Part shown: positions 1-13,717 of the stretch, piece by piece | How the letters are laid out: each line of letters opens with the position of its first letter | Position numbering within the stretch: the first letter of the stretch is position 1 | Assembly (NCBI GenBank): GCA_951406725.2 | Contig: OX597814.1 | Coordinates: 180,296,001-180,360,000 of the forward strand | Source: Octopus vulgaris | Lineage: Eukaryota | Length of the DNA: 64,000 nt | Reading direction: 5' to 3' | Position numbers and translations under genes: made by a program | Notes under the pieces: model-generated | The model's input: the letters and a program-made list of their open reading frames with translations, nothing else | The model's database searches: none | What the model was told of the DNA's origin: nothing

Positions 1-615
1 TAGTTCTGATAATGTGAGTGTGTGTGTGTGTTCATGGTAGGTGTATGAGCGTGAACATGCATGAAAGAGAATGAGAGAGAAAAATGAGACAGAGAAAGAG
101 AGATCATAGAAGCGCATGAGAAACGAATATCTTATATGTCGTGTATTAAATTGAACGTGGAAAGCGAAAAAAAAAAAAAAAGACAAAAAACCCCAGAGAA
201 TGTAATAGTGTGTTGTATGTGTGTGTGTGTGTGTGTGTCTGTGTGTGCGTGTTTGAGTGTGTCTGAGCGTGACCACAAAGTGTGATAAAGGAAGTATGAA
301 AGAACGAAAAGAAACAATATTCCATATATTGAATCTGTCTGATTGTGGATACGTGAGTGAGAGAGTGAGTGAGAGAATGACACGGAGAGAGAAAGAGAGA
401 GAGAGAGAGAGAAAAGCGTGTGTGTTTATTTGACCGAATATCCAAGAGAGAGAGAGAGAGAGAGAGAGAACATAGAAGAAAAAGAGAGAGAGAGTAGAGC
501 GTGAAGAATAGAAATGATGAGTGAAAAAAAAAAGTGTGTGTATATGTATATGATAGTGAAAGAAATGGATTATCATAAAGGAACAACATCCATGTGTATG
601 TTTGTCTGACTGGAT

Positions 616-687
<72 letters not shown>

Positions 688-845
688 GAAGTATTTTTGA
701 CTGGTTATGTACGAATGATAGAGACACACAGACATTAGAAAAGAATGAAAGAAAAAACGAGAGTGAATGGGAAAATATTATGAGTGAAGCTCTGTGAGCG
801 TGCGTGTGTGTGTGTGTGTATGTATGTGCGCGCGCGTGTGTGTGT

Positions 846-886
<41 letters not shown>

Positions 887-994
887 CAGCTATTTGTCAG
901 GCAACAAGGATAATAACAGTTGTTTTTCGCAGCGTTGAGGCTGGCAACACTGTAGAAAGACATTGATTGCCATCTTTGGTTGAACGAACTCTGT

Positions 995-1031
<37 letters not shown>

Positions 1032-1215
1032 AACAAACTCATACGAGTGTTGCTGCTCACTCACACTCTCCCCATACAAGCAAACAATCGCGCACGAACA
1101 GTCGAGCATCTTGCACGCGCGCATGCACGCAGCATACGTACATATGTATAGATATATATTTATGTGTATGTGTCTGTGTGTCTGTGTATCTGCGTGTAAT
1201 GATAATGCAGATGAT

Positions 1216-1265
<50 letters not shown>

Positions 1266-1558
1266 ACACACAAACACATAAGCAACCCCCGCATATATAT
1301 ATATATATATATACAATATACTCACCCAAAACGCTTACATACACCCACAAACTCACCCACACGCATAAACAAACGCCGAACTTTCATGCATATACATACA
1401 CACACACACACACACAAAGTCAGTATAAACATATTAAATCTCACACGCACACACACACACACACACAACTCATACGCACAATCATACAAATGCTCTCATA
1501 TATAGTAGTACACATACAGCCACATACAACTACACATACGTGCGCCCCCTCTCTCTTT

Positions 1559-1655
<97 letters not shown>

Positions 1656-1824
1656 CTTTCTCTCTCTCTCACGCACACACAAACATTAATACGAACACAT
1701 CACTGCATGCATACTCTGTCTAATCCGCAGATTCATACATACGGACGAGCGCATAGTTAGATGTGTATAAACTTACATACACATTCACACACACACAGCA
1801 AAAATCACATACGCTAACAATCAC

Positions 1825-1862
<38 letters not shown>

Positions 1863-2310
1863 TAAACGAACCACATGTATCTGCACACCCACATTAATAG
1901 ACACAGTCACACACACATACACACACACACACAGTCACCTTTGCAGCAGAATTGCTGATGCTTGTACGAAGATTACACCCATACACATATTTACAACACA
2001 TACACACACACATATAAAGACAGTTATATGCTACAAATATACACCCACTTTCTCTTTCACTCCGTCTCTCTCTCTTACATACACACGCATGCGCGCTTAT
2101 GTATTAAGACACAAACACATTTTATTTCTCATTCTTCCACATCTATTCTTTTCTTTCTATCCCACTTTCTAGAAGCTATCATCTACACCATAAGAAAACA
2201 ATACATACACACCTCGTTCACTCTTTAGCCGCTCAGCCAGCCTCCACTTCTCACGTTTGTCTTTCATTCCCATCCGCCTTTTATCTATCTATCTATCCTT
2301 CTATCCATCC

Positions 2311-2385
<75 letters not shown>

Positions 2386-2398
2386 CATCCATCCATCC

Positions 2399-2464
<66 letters not shown>

Positions 2465-2475
2465 CTATCCATCCA

Positions 2476-2525
<50 letters not shown>

Positions 2526-3242
2526 ACCCTTTCTTTTCAAATTTGATTTTCACCCCCACCGCCTGCCTCTTTGATTCTCTTTCATTTCTATTCACCTTTT
2601 GTCTTATTTTCTTTTGTCTGTCCCATCTCTCCCCCTCCCCTCTCTCTGTCTCCCTCATTTGTCGCTCATCAGCTTTTCGTACTCTTACCCTTTCTTTTAC
2701 TCTCCCCCCATTCTTCATCCTCTCCTCCTACTCCTTTATAATTACATTCTGTTTGTTTTCTTAGTTTTTCCTCTCTCTCTTTCCTCATCCATCCACCTCT
2801 CTTTCCTGAATAACCTTTATGTTAATTAGATGCTTTGATTTCATACAGTTTATGTATAATTTTTTCATGATTTTTACTATATTTTTTATACACTATTATA
2901 AATTTACATGTTTTTTTAAAAAACATTATACTATCCTATATATTTCATATCATATTTATACAACTCTATATTATATTCATTTATATTATTTATATTTTTA
3001 CCATTCCTTATATTTTCCTCTCTACATTATTTTACATAGCATTTATATTTCATAAAATATTCTTAACTTTTAATTGCATTAATTTCATATTATAATTTTT
3101 TCATATTATATTTTCCACTTGTATAGTTCTTAATAAAATTATTTTCGTATATTTGCATTATATAAATATTTTGCGTCATGCCAATTATGTATTATTTTCT
3201 AGTATTTTAATTGCGTAATTTTATTTCGTTTTTACATTCCAT

Positions 3243-3279
<37 letters not shown>

Positions 3280-3516
3280 TATATATATATATTTGTAACA
3301 TATTCTGTTACATAATAACTCATTGGATATTTTACATAAATTAGTCTTTATATTTTATGTAATATTTGAATGCAATGCGCCATACCATTGAAAGATAGAT
3401 GCAACAGATGCGATCCTCCGTTTTTATCTATGTAGATTCGCTTGGAAGATGGGAATAGAGAGAACAGAATATCATATATACTTATATAGAGAAGTGTTGA
3501 TGGCTGAGATGAGACG

Positions 3517-3583
<67 letters not shown>

Positions 3584-3733
3584 ACACACACGTATGTACA
3601 TTAATACGTGTGTATTAAGTATATATGTATATTGAAAACAAAAGAAGAGTTAGTTCTGAAATACGCATACATATTTCAGTAACACATACAATACATACTT
3701 GTATCTATAACAATACAGTATATAGTTTTATAT

Positions 3734-3791
<58 letters not shown>

Positions 3792-3833
3792 TATGTATAT
3801 ATGCATACATATATATGTATATATATTTTTATA

Positions 3834-3869
<36 letters not shown>

Positions 3870-4150
3870 TGTATGTATGTACCTATGTATAGACATGTGC
3901 ATGTATATACACACCAATAGATGTGTGCTTGTGGTACAGAGAGAGAGAGAGACAGAGAGAGACAGAGAGAGACGTTATTGGAGAGATAAAATGAACTCAC
4001 ACACGCATATTTCCATACATACATAGATACATATTGCTCACACACACACACACACAGGTACAGAAGCACATCAAACACATATATTTAACCTTGCACGGTG
4101 TTCATCCACTCGCTCTCACTACACAAAGACTTACGCGCCCGCGCATATAT

Positions 4151-4196
<46 letters not shown>

Positions 4197-4321
4197 CTCG
4201 TGTCACTCCCGCAACACATTTACATACATAAGGTGCACAAACAAACCAGCTTCAACACAACTAGTTATTAATCACATACATATATACATGCTCATACCGA
4301 TTTACAAAACCGAAACATATC

Positions 4322-4352
<31 letters not shown>

Positions 4353-5235
4353 GTATACTAGCAGTATCGCCCGGCGTTGCTCGGATTTGTAAGGGAAATA
4401 ACTATATAAGCATTTTTAGAGAGTTATAGCCAAAAAATAGCAAAAAATGCATTAAAAATGGAAAAAAAAATTATGGTAATTTTTTTTTTAAATCGTTGAC
4501 TCATCGTAGACATTTTTAGAGTTACTTCCCTTATATAATATCGAAAAAATGTATTAAAAATGGGAAAAAATGATGGTAATTTTTTTTAAAAATCGTAGAC
4601 TCATCGTAGACGCGCGCTAATACCCAGAAGGGCTCGATATGAATCACGACTATAAGATACCCGCTTTTGGTTACACTGCACCGCAAAATGTGGGAGTAGT
4701 TAGGAATCTAAATCGTAGGAGACAGACACACAACTTCTCTTTTATATATAAAGATATACACAAATGAATAGATTGAAAAGCATAACGGTAAATAGATTTA
4801 CAAAAGCAGTGCGCACACACCAACAAAAACTCACACACACACAGAACTATGTATAGTAAGGTATATAGATATAGTCAGTCACACGCGCGCACACACATAC
4901 ATACATACATACATACACACCTTCAGTAACTTTACATACACGTACATTCAACCATATACGTAGAAATAAAAATGATAATGGTGAGTCAAGTAGGAGACAG
5001 GTGTGAAGATGTACGTGCGTGTATGTGTGTGTTTGTGTGAGTGTGTGTTTCTTAGTGTGTGTGGGTATTTGACTCTGAGAGTTTGTGTGTGTGTGGGTAT
5101 TTGAGTCTGAGAATTTGTGTGTGTGTGTGCGTGTGGTGGGATTTATGTGTGTCTCAATTCTAGTGTATGGATGGATACGTTATCGTTTCTATGTGTGACA
5201 GCTGACAACTATGAGTGCGGAAATGTGTGTGTGTG

Positions 5236-5267
<32 letters not shown>

Positions 5268-6606
5268 CAACGCAGTGTTTGTGGGTACGTATGAGTTTTT
5301 GATTCTATATCAGCATGTATGTATGTATATATATGTTAGTATATATATATGATTGCATGTTTGTATGTAAGCATGTATTATTTGATGTATATAAGTATGT
5401 GCTCTTATATACGTGTTTATGTTTTTGTAGCATGTGTTGGTGAGTATGTGTATATTGTTTATATGTGTATGTCTATATATGTATCGCCTGTCGTTTGTAT
5501 ATCTATTAGTGTATATGTGTGTTTATATGTATGAGTGTTAGTAGATATGTTAAAGAAAATAAAACAAAACGACCGTTTTATATAGAGGAATAAGTAAACA
5601 AAATAATGAAATCCCTAAAATATGAAGAAAATAGGTAATCATAGTGCTGTGCTAAAGGACGAATTGTTGAAATGGGAAGGATAATGAAGAGATTAAAAGA
5701 AGATTAAAAACTGGTAAGGAAAAATATGAAAGAAAGATGGTGGAAAAGAAAGAATAGAAAAGAAAGGAATTGGGGAAAAGATAAACGAAAGTACGAAATG
5801 CGATGAAAATGAAAAGAGAAATAAAATAGGTGCACAAGAACGTACTAAGATATATGGGGGGGGGGGAATTGGAAGAAAAGAACATTGGTAGAATAGAAGA
5901 AGAACTGGTAAACAAATATGAAATTTAAAAAAATAATAATTAAAGGTTGGATTAGAAAAAGGGAAACGAACGTGAGGAAGATTATTTAGAATATATGAAA
6001 AGACAAACTTAACGACGAAATAAAAATCTGTATAGTTTAAATGAGATGGCGAAATCTCTTATTTCTTTTTCAAGAAAAGTAAAACTGAGTCAATGAAGAA
6101 ATGAGGGGGGGGGGGAAGAGGAATAAGAGAATGAAAGCGATTGAGAGTAGGAAAGAGAGAAGGAGAGAAGCTGACATAAAATTATCAGAGGATCACGAAA
6201 TAACATGTAAACGGATGAATGGGAAGAAGGGATTAATGATGGTGAAGTGGAGAAATAAAAATAAGGCAGACGATAAAAATAAAATAAAAGGGAGAGTAGA
6301 AAAAAAAATGATGTAGGAATATATATATATATATATATATGAAAGAGAATATGTTTAAATGATGAAGGACAGGAAGGAAAAGAGATATGAAAAATGAAAA
6401 CAAGATTCGATGGTTGGATGAATGGAAGGAAGGTAGGAAAGTATTGTACGAATCTTGGAAGCTGTAAATGATGTAGGACTACGAAAGATAATGTGTGGTA
6501 GTAGGCAGTGTAGTGTAAACAGTTGACACACAGTCTAGAAGGTGAGATAGATAAATAGATAAACACTTGGATATAGATGCGTTGAGTTCAATTAAATAAT
6601 GATATA

Positions 6607-6637
<31 letters not shown>

Positions 6638-6663
6638 CGTACATGCATATATGGGTACAGGAG

Positions 6664-6747
<84 letters not shown>

Positions 6748-6790
6748 GGAGAGAGAGAGGGGGAAAGAGAGCGTGTGTGTGTGTGTAACC
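1..6790. repeat. Low-complexity/microsatellite-dense region: (TG)n, (CA)n, (TA)n, (GA)n, (CTAT)n tracts and a purine-rich tract at ~5560-6500
   Basis: Directly visible simple repeats; ORFs here translate to HT/CV/IY/LSIY repeats. Confidence 0.95.
4358..4754 (-). mobile_element. Non-autonomous Helitron-type element
   Basis: Minus strand starts TC(TTTATATATAAAA) and ends with GC-rich hairpin (t)ccgagcaacgccggg followed by cgatactgCTAG; sits between A and T with no TSD; same termini as 26417 and 51194. Confidence 0.75.
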
Positions 6791-7205
6791 GTTACAGTAA
6801 TAACAACGATAAGACCGCTCAGTAGTGCTAGAAATAGCAGTGATATCTCCCTCAAATAACTCTGTGCCATTTTAGACAAGACGCATTCGATAATGCATGC
6901 AGTTAGTCCTAAACACTCTTTAACATGACGCGATAGTCATAGATGAAATGTCTTAGATCACAGGCCTGTCTAATAGGGTTGACCCGGAGCTAAACAATTA
7001 CTAACAGAGCAGCTTAGACAAAGCAGGCGTCAAATTTTCCTTAAACCACATCCTATTGTCATAGAAAAAAAAAACACATTCTATATAATCCTCGATATAT
7101 AAAAATATAGGATTGTCATGGATGGAATATCTTTGATCATATATATGTTTGATCAGGGAAGACTTGAAGCTAAATAAGATCTACTACAACTACCGAAATC
7201 ACTAT

Positions 7206-7936
7206 ACCTATTTCTTTATTACTCACAAGGGGCTAAACATAGAGGGAACAAACAAGGACAGACATAGGTATTAAGTCGATTACATCGACCCCAGTACGTA
7301 ACTGGTACTTAATTTATCGACCCCGAAAAGATGAAAGGCAAAGTCGACCTCGGCGGAATTTGAACTCACAACGTAACGGCAGACGAACTACCTATTTCTT
7401 TACTACCCACAAGGGGTTAAACACAGAGAGGACAAACAAGGACAGACAAACGGATTAAGTCGATTATATCGACTCCAATCGACCCCGGAAGGATGAAAGA
7501 CGTAACGGCAGACGAAATACCTATTTCTTTATTACCCACAAGGGGCTAAACACAGAGAGGACAAACAAGGACAGACATAGGTATTAAGTCGATTACATCG
7601 ATCCCAATGCGTAACTGGTACTTAATTTATCGACCCCGAAAGGATGAAAGGCAAATTCGACCTCGGCGGAATTTGAACTCACAACGTAACGGCAGCCGAA
7701 ATACCTATTTCTTTATTACCCACAAGGGGCTGAACATAGAGGGGACAAACATGGACAGACATAGGTATTAAGTCGATTATATCGACCCCAGTGCTTAACT
7801 GGTACTTAATTTATCGACCCCGAAAGGATGAAAGGCAAAGTCGACCTCGGCGGAATTTGAACTCACAACGTAACGGCAGCCGAAATACCGCTAAGCATTT
7901 CGCCCGACGTGCTAACGTTTCTGCCAGCTCGCCGCC
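7206..7936 (-). mobile_element. tRNA-derived SINE family A, tetrameric array (one head, four ~184-bp units)
   Basis: Head ggcggcgagctggcagaaacgttag (A-box-like), B-box-like gttcaaattc, body ctttcatcctttcggggtcgataaattaagtaccag; flanking direct repeat atcactatacc. Confidence 0.85.
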
Positions 7937-8446
7937 TATCACTATACCACCTCGAAATAGTTGCCAAATTCCCCTCTAATCGTACTGCATTATGTTATAG
8001 ATAATTCTCCGTTTTCTTCACCTCTATAGTCAAAATTGATTTCAATGAAACATCACACCGTATGTCCATTTCTTCTAACAATGTTACCCTAAATCAGCCG
8101 TCAACGTTGGTCACCGTCACATCTTCGCCATTGACAGCGCCTCCGTTTTTCACCCGACTCATCATCAACTGCCTTCTTTTCGTCCTCATCTTCCATTCTG
8201 TTACCTGACCTCTGTAACGCACAATCCTACATATCTATGTCTTCACATCCCATCTCAATCCTCAGTCTTTCAAGAAGATTTGCCTTCTTGCAGATGCGAC
8301 TGCAATCTTGATGACTTTTTGGTTTACTGTTTCTTCACCTTCGCCATACTCAACTTGGATAATTCGCTGCTCCAGCTCCCATTGCAATACTAGTCACTTT
8401 GTCCATAGCGATACTCTAACCACTGATCCACGCGGCTACCAATTAT

Positions 8447-8743
8447 AAGGTAGAGAGTTCGATTTCCGGACCGGGCTGTGTATTGTGTTATTGAGCAAGA
8501 CACTTTATTTCACGTTGCTCCAGTTCACTCAGCTGTACAAATGAGTTGCGACATCATTGGTACCAAGTTGTATTGGCCTTTGCTTTTCTATTGGATAACA
8601 TGGATGACGAGGAGAGGGGAGACCGGTATGCATGGGCGACTGCTGGTCTCCCATAAACAACTTTGCCCGGATTTGTGCCTTGGAGGGGAACTTTCCAGGT
8701 GCAATCCCATGATCATTCATGACTGAAGGTGGTTTTTATCCTT
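8447..8743 (+). mobile_element. tRNA-derived SINE family C (5' head apparently inverted at ~8405-8437)
   Basis: B box gagttcgatttcc, ttgagcaagacactttatttcac core, tail gcaatcccatg..cattcatgac; matches copies at 39939, 59009, 62205. Confidence 0.8.
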
Positions 8744-8941
8744 TTACTCCGTCTATAGTACCTCCATACTGTTGTGTGGACGCCCCCAGACGATGAAGTA
8801 GGCTAGCCCAATACGTAGATATAGAGGGAGAAGTCTAGACGTCGGGAGTTGAGTAGAGGTCATCCGAACGTGCGATATAACAGTGGCGACGAGGATGAGA
8901 TGCTCACACAGCCACTGTGTGGTATTGCGATATAAGAATAG

Positions 8942-9180
8942 GGCGGCGAGCTGGCAGAATTGTTAGCACGCCGGGCGAAATGCGTAGCCGTATTTCGTCT
9001 GCCGTTACGTTCTGAGTTCAAATTCCGCCGAGGTCGACTTTGCCTTTCATCCTTTCGGGGTCGATAAATTAAGTACCAGTTGCACACTGGGGTCGATGTA
9101 ATCGACTTAATCCGTTTGTCTGTCCTTGTTTGTTCCCTCTGTGGTTAGCCTCTTGTGGGTAGTAGAGAAATAGGTATTTC
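8942..9180 (+). mobile_element. SINE family A monomer flanked by ~60-bp direct duplication
   Basis: Full head and body; flanks 8874-8935 and 9181-9243 are near-identical. Confidence 0.85.
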
Positions 9181-9729
9181 GATATAACTGTGGCGACGAG
9201 GATTTCGTAGCTCACACAGCCACTGTGTAGTATTGCGATATAACACATACCATATGCACTTCGGTCATCTTTCCATATAACGGATCACTTCACTTGCACT
9301 TTTAATATGCAATTTACTTTATTTATTGCTGAATCTGTGGTGTACAGAGCTGATCATTTTAGGGAGCATTTGCTGAAAATCGAACGCAAGAATATCGGCA
9401 TTTACGATCTACCACATCAATTTGTCTAGGTCAATTTTCCGAAAAAGGATTATTTCACGTTCTCTCGAAGGTTTATAAATTCTTATGACGTGTGTGTGCG
9501 TGCAGACGCATGTGTATGCATTTGTGTATACATACATACATGGATATATGTTATATGTAAAGTGGAAAAGAGCTGAAAGAAATTGTAAGTTTGACAGAGC
9601 GCAGCTAACTGAACATTGTTTTTAATATAATAAGTCAAAAATTATATGGGAACGTGTTTGTAAATAGAAGTTCAAATCTTATACATGCGCGCGCGCAAAT
9701 ACTCTTTCTCTGTACTCTGACTTTATATA

Positions 9730-10869
9730 CAAGGTGTGCCAGTTTTTAGAGGACACTTCTTTCAGGAGTTCAAACTTTCTTCTTTCTTTCTTTTTTTCTA
9801 CCTTATTTTTCAGATAAATTATGTCAGATATCACGCTGATGTCTGATATAATTCAACATCAGCAGCTAAACGCAAAACGCATGCACAAGGTTCTAATACC
9901 ATTAGAACATATAACTTTGTACAAAAAAATCCAAGAGATAATCGATAATATCCCCGGAAAGTCAAACAGAGCCATTGCAAAAGATTTCAAGGTTTCAGAA
10001 TGTACCATCAGAAGAGTTGTGCATGAGGACATCCGGTACAATCTGTATGTGATGCCGAGGGATCACTTATGCCAAATATAACCAGAGAGACTCGTCTGAT
10101 ACATGCAAAGCGCTTGCTATACAAGGTAAAGCAGCAAGAAGCTAGAATGCTTTGGTATTTTTTTTCCCGATGAGAAAAATTTCGGTTAAGACTAAAAAGG
10201 TAAACCGGAGGAATGACAGATAGTTATGCAGAGACTCCGTGTGACGTTCCAGCAGTCATGCATAGTAAGTTCTCAGCAAGTGCGATGGTTCTGGGAGTCG
10301 TCAGCAGCGAGGAAGATGTCATGCCTCCTCACTCTTTTTTCATAGGGCTTGAGAGTCAATGCCGTTGTCTACACAGAGGCGTTAGAGAAAGTTGTGAGGC
10401 TCTGGATAGGCAGAGCACGCAACGACAGAACTTATGTATCCCAACAAGACTCTACGCCGTGTCATAAGGTGAGGACAACTCAAGCGTGGATGCGTACCAA
10501 TCCCTATGATCATATTCTCTCAGACATGGCTTCCTTGCTCACCAGACCTCAACTCACTAGACTGATATGCGTGGGGCGTAGGTGAGAAGGAGACCAATCA
10601 ACACTCCATAACACCATATAATCTCTCAAACCCATCATAATCAACACTATGTCCAAAATAGATAAAAATCATCTGATTCGGGCAAATCAGCGCTTCGGAC
10701 TCCGTATTGAAGCAGCCATTGATGTTTTTTCGTTGGTTCATTGAATGGGTGTGATAAAAGGATTCTCAAGATTATTTTTACCAACTTGTTTTTAAATACA
10801 GATTTTCTTTGATGAGCTAGGCATCTTTTTCTGAATTCACACAAAAGACATAAAAAAAAAAAAACTGGT
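9730..10869 (+). mobile_element. Degenerate DD37D (maT-type) Tc1/mariner transposon
   Basis: Frameshifted transposase: HTH 'RAIAKDFKVSECTIRRVVHED', xDEK, 'QQDSTPCH...SPDLNSLD' with 37 residues between 2nd and 3rd D after frameshift correction; left end TA-caaggtgtgccagttttt, partial inverted match aaaaactgg at ~10861. Confidence 0.8.
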
Positions 10870-11023
10870 GTGGTAAGTAGCTTGTTTACCAACCACATGG
10901 TTCCGGGTTCAGTCTCACTGCGTAGCACTTTGGGAAAGTGTCTTCTACTATAGCCTCGGGCCGACCAAAGTCTTGTGAGTGGATTTGGTAGACGGAAACT
11001 GAAAGAAGCCCGTCGTATATATG

Positions 11024-11056
<33 letters not shown>

Positions 11057-11288
11057 GTGTGTGTGTATGTTTGTGTGTCTGTGTTTGTCCCCCTAGCATT
11101 GCTTGACAATCGATGCTGGTGTGTTTATGTCCCTGTTACTTAGTGGTTCAGCAAAAGAGACCGATAAAATAAGTACTGGGCTTACAAAAGAATAAGTCCC
11201 GGGGTCGAGTTGCTCGATTAAAGGCGGTGCTCCAGCATGGCCGCAGTCAAATGACTTAAACAAGTAAAAGAGTAAAGAGAGAGAGAGA
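10868..11288 (+). mobile_element. tRNA/CORE-type SINE family B with internal (TA)(TG) microsatellite
   Basis: gtgtggtaagtagcttg head, ggttcagtc B-box-like motif, tail ggcggtgctccagcatggccgcagtcaaatgac..agtaaaagag. Confidence 0.85.
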
Positions 11289-11294
11289 GCACCC

Positions 11295-11455
11295 TTGCTG
11301 GATAATATCCATTGTCTCAGTTGCGCATGCTTGGAAATCCAGCCAGAAATTCTAATGACAGTCGCTTCTGATAGCACCCGGTGGAGGAGGTACCTGAGGA
11401 CTCTACCCCTATGACCCTCTCAGAAATAGGGAGCAGAGAAGATGGATGGATGGAT
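11295..11455 (+). mobile_element. 3' end of RTE/Expander-like LINE with (GATG)n tail
   Basis: Translates 'LDNIHCLS..LEIQPEIL..VASD.TRWRRYLRTLP' and ends gaagatggatggatgg, as in Rex3/Expander 3' ends. Confidence 0.5.
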
Positions 11456-11909
11456 TTTGATATACACCTATACCGACTCAATGCACACACGAAATTTTCC
11501 TTAGATATTTTTAGCGGATGATTCCTTCAAGTACTTCATATTTTATAGTTTAATGCTTCTGCACGAACATAAATTTTTAATGTTTCATTTACAATTTAAT
11601 TACATGCATTCTTTATTCAATGATTTTAAAAAGCACACACAGAGAGCCTTTTCTTCTCACAAGCACGTTTTTCTGCATGCACTTTTGATTAATATTTTCC
11701 CAGTTACTGTCATAACACCACGTCAACAAACATCGCATTCGATCTTTCATTTCCCGAAAAAAGTTTTTCTTTTTATCGAATAGAAGTTTCAACAAATGGG
11801 TTCTATTAGATTTCTTCAGCTCTCAATGAAAACTTATGAATTTTTAAGATAATATTTATAGCTTGTTTACGCATAGACAAGGTTATCTTTTTAAATTCCA
11901 TCAAATCGC

Positions 11910-12340
11910 TGATCTTGTGCGAACTCTGTGCTTTAGGAGGAACACACTGAGGCGGCTCGTGAGGAAAAGCTTGCCAAATACCAGGAATTGGTAGAGCAGT
12001 ATAGAAGCCAAGGCTGGCGAACCCGTTACGATTGAAGTAGGCTTCTGGTGTTTTGCTGGTTGTTCACTCTGCAAAACTCTGTAATGTTCTGTAAAATTCA
12101 AAGAGTGTCTTGGAGTTAACGAGGTAGCGAAGAAGAGGGTCATGCATTCCATCAGTGAATCTGGAGACTGATGGGCAGACTGATGGTGGTTTGTTGCTAC
12201 TGAGATGCGAACTGAGACTTGATCGACCCCCAACGGGATCAACTAGAGGAGGGAAGTTCTAATGTTGAAAGACACGAAAACTCTCGAGACTTCCAGAAAT
12301 ATCACTGATGACACATTCCAGAGCAGCCGTGAAGAGGAGC
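11910..12340 (+). mobile_element. HERO/NeSL-like non-LTR retrotransposon 3' fragment (restriction-like endonuclease C-terminus + 3' UTR)
   Basis: 'EAAREEKLAKYQELVEQYRSQGWR..IEVG..FAGCSLCKTL' resembles the RLE tail of HERO-clade elements; broken by stops and frameshifts. Confidence 0.65.
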
Positions 12341-12403
<63 letters not shown>

Positions 12404-12464
12404 CGCGTGCATGTGCGTGTATGTGAGTGTAAATGTGTGTATACTGTTTTAGTTCCTTGTTTCC

Positions 12465-12629
12465 AGGAGTGGCTGTGTGGTAAGTAGCTTGCTTACCAAC
12501 CACATGGCTCTGGGTTCAGTCCCACTGCGTGGCACCTTGGGCAAGTGTCTCCTACTGTAGCCTCGGGCCTACCAAAGCCTTGTGAGTGGATTTGGTAGAC
12601 GGAAACTGAAAGAAGCCAGTCGTATATAC

Positions 12630-12688
<59 letters not shown>

Positions 12689-12917
12689 TATGTGTGTGTG
12701 TGTGTGTGAATGTATGTATGTATGTGTGTATATATGTTTGTGTGTCTGTTTGTCCCCCCAACATCGCTTGACAACCGATGCTGATGTACTTATGTCCCCG
12801 TAACTTAGGCTTACAAAGAATATGTCCCGGGGTTGATTCGCTTGACTGTGGCCATGCTCCAGCATGGCCACAGTCAAATGACTAAAACAAATAAAAGAGT
12901 AAAAAAGAGTAAAGAGT
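12465..12917 (+). mobile_element. SINE family B copy
   Basis: Head ggagtggctgtgtggtaagtag, CORE-like gtggcaccttgggcaagtg, internal microsatellite, family tail. Confidence 0.85.
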
Positions 12918-13653
12918 ATTCTTCACCATTTCATCACTATTGTCTGATGATAGAAAACGCGTAATTCACACACACACACACGAACGCATGCGCATACACA
13001 CACATTCACAGACACCCACTAACACACACTCCTTTATTTGAAAACATTGTGTGTATGTGACCGCACGTGTATATGTTGTGAACTAGTTTCCTAAAATATA
13101 AGAGAATACACTGTTGTGTCTGGGGAGAGTCATTTTCTTTATGTGCCTTATTATCTAACACACTCACCGGTAAAAGAATCTTGCAAACCAAATCCAAAAA
13201 CGAAATAAAAGAATACAGTTATCATCACAATTAGTGGGCAGTTATAAAGAATCAATCAGTTACAGGTGAGGGATGTATGGGTCGATCTCTGATGATTTAC
13301 CTTTTGTTTGTTTTTAGACCCCAAATTGATATTAAAAAAATCGGTAAAATTCACTAAAATTCTGGGTACTTTTCTCGAATCATCCTAAGAACGGTCAGCA
13401 AGGGTTAGACTAGAATCGGTAATGAAATTAAGAATTGTTTTTTTTTATATACTCACGTACATGCTGGAGCACCGCCTTGAAGAGTTTTTGTTGAACAAAT
13501 CGACCCTAGGACATATTAAAAAAAAACCTAGTACTTATCTTATCGATCTCTTTTAGCGAACCGCTAAGTTACGGGGACACGTAAACACAACACTAACACC
13601 GGTTGTCAAGCGGTGATAGGGGTGACAAACACATACACACACTCACACACACA

Positions 13654-13717
<64 letters not shown>

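Noticed and set aside
132-5534. Many ORFs of HT/CV/IY/LSIY repeats (also 18103-19411, 28833-29524, 51867-53129, 59582-60774)
   Set aside because: Stop-free frames generated by microsatellites; no domain content
7206-7936. Regularly spaced repeats superficially like a CRISPR array
   Set aside because: Whole ~184-bp units repeat with no unique spacers, no cas genes, eukaryotic context
7791-7979. Recurrent 'NWYLIYRPRKDERQSRPRRNLNS' ORFs (also 8860, 15104, 30884, 40851, 48120)
   Set aside because: Antisense translations of SINE A, not a protein family
8090-8400. Possible RTE-like LINE 3' fragment on minus strand
   Set aside because: Too degenerate to support by eye
11289-11297. gcacccttg as the split remainder of the DD37D right TIR
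   Set aside because: Imperfect match and equally explained as the start of the adjacent RTE fragment
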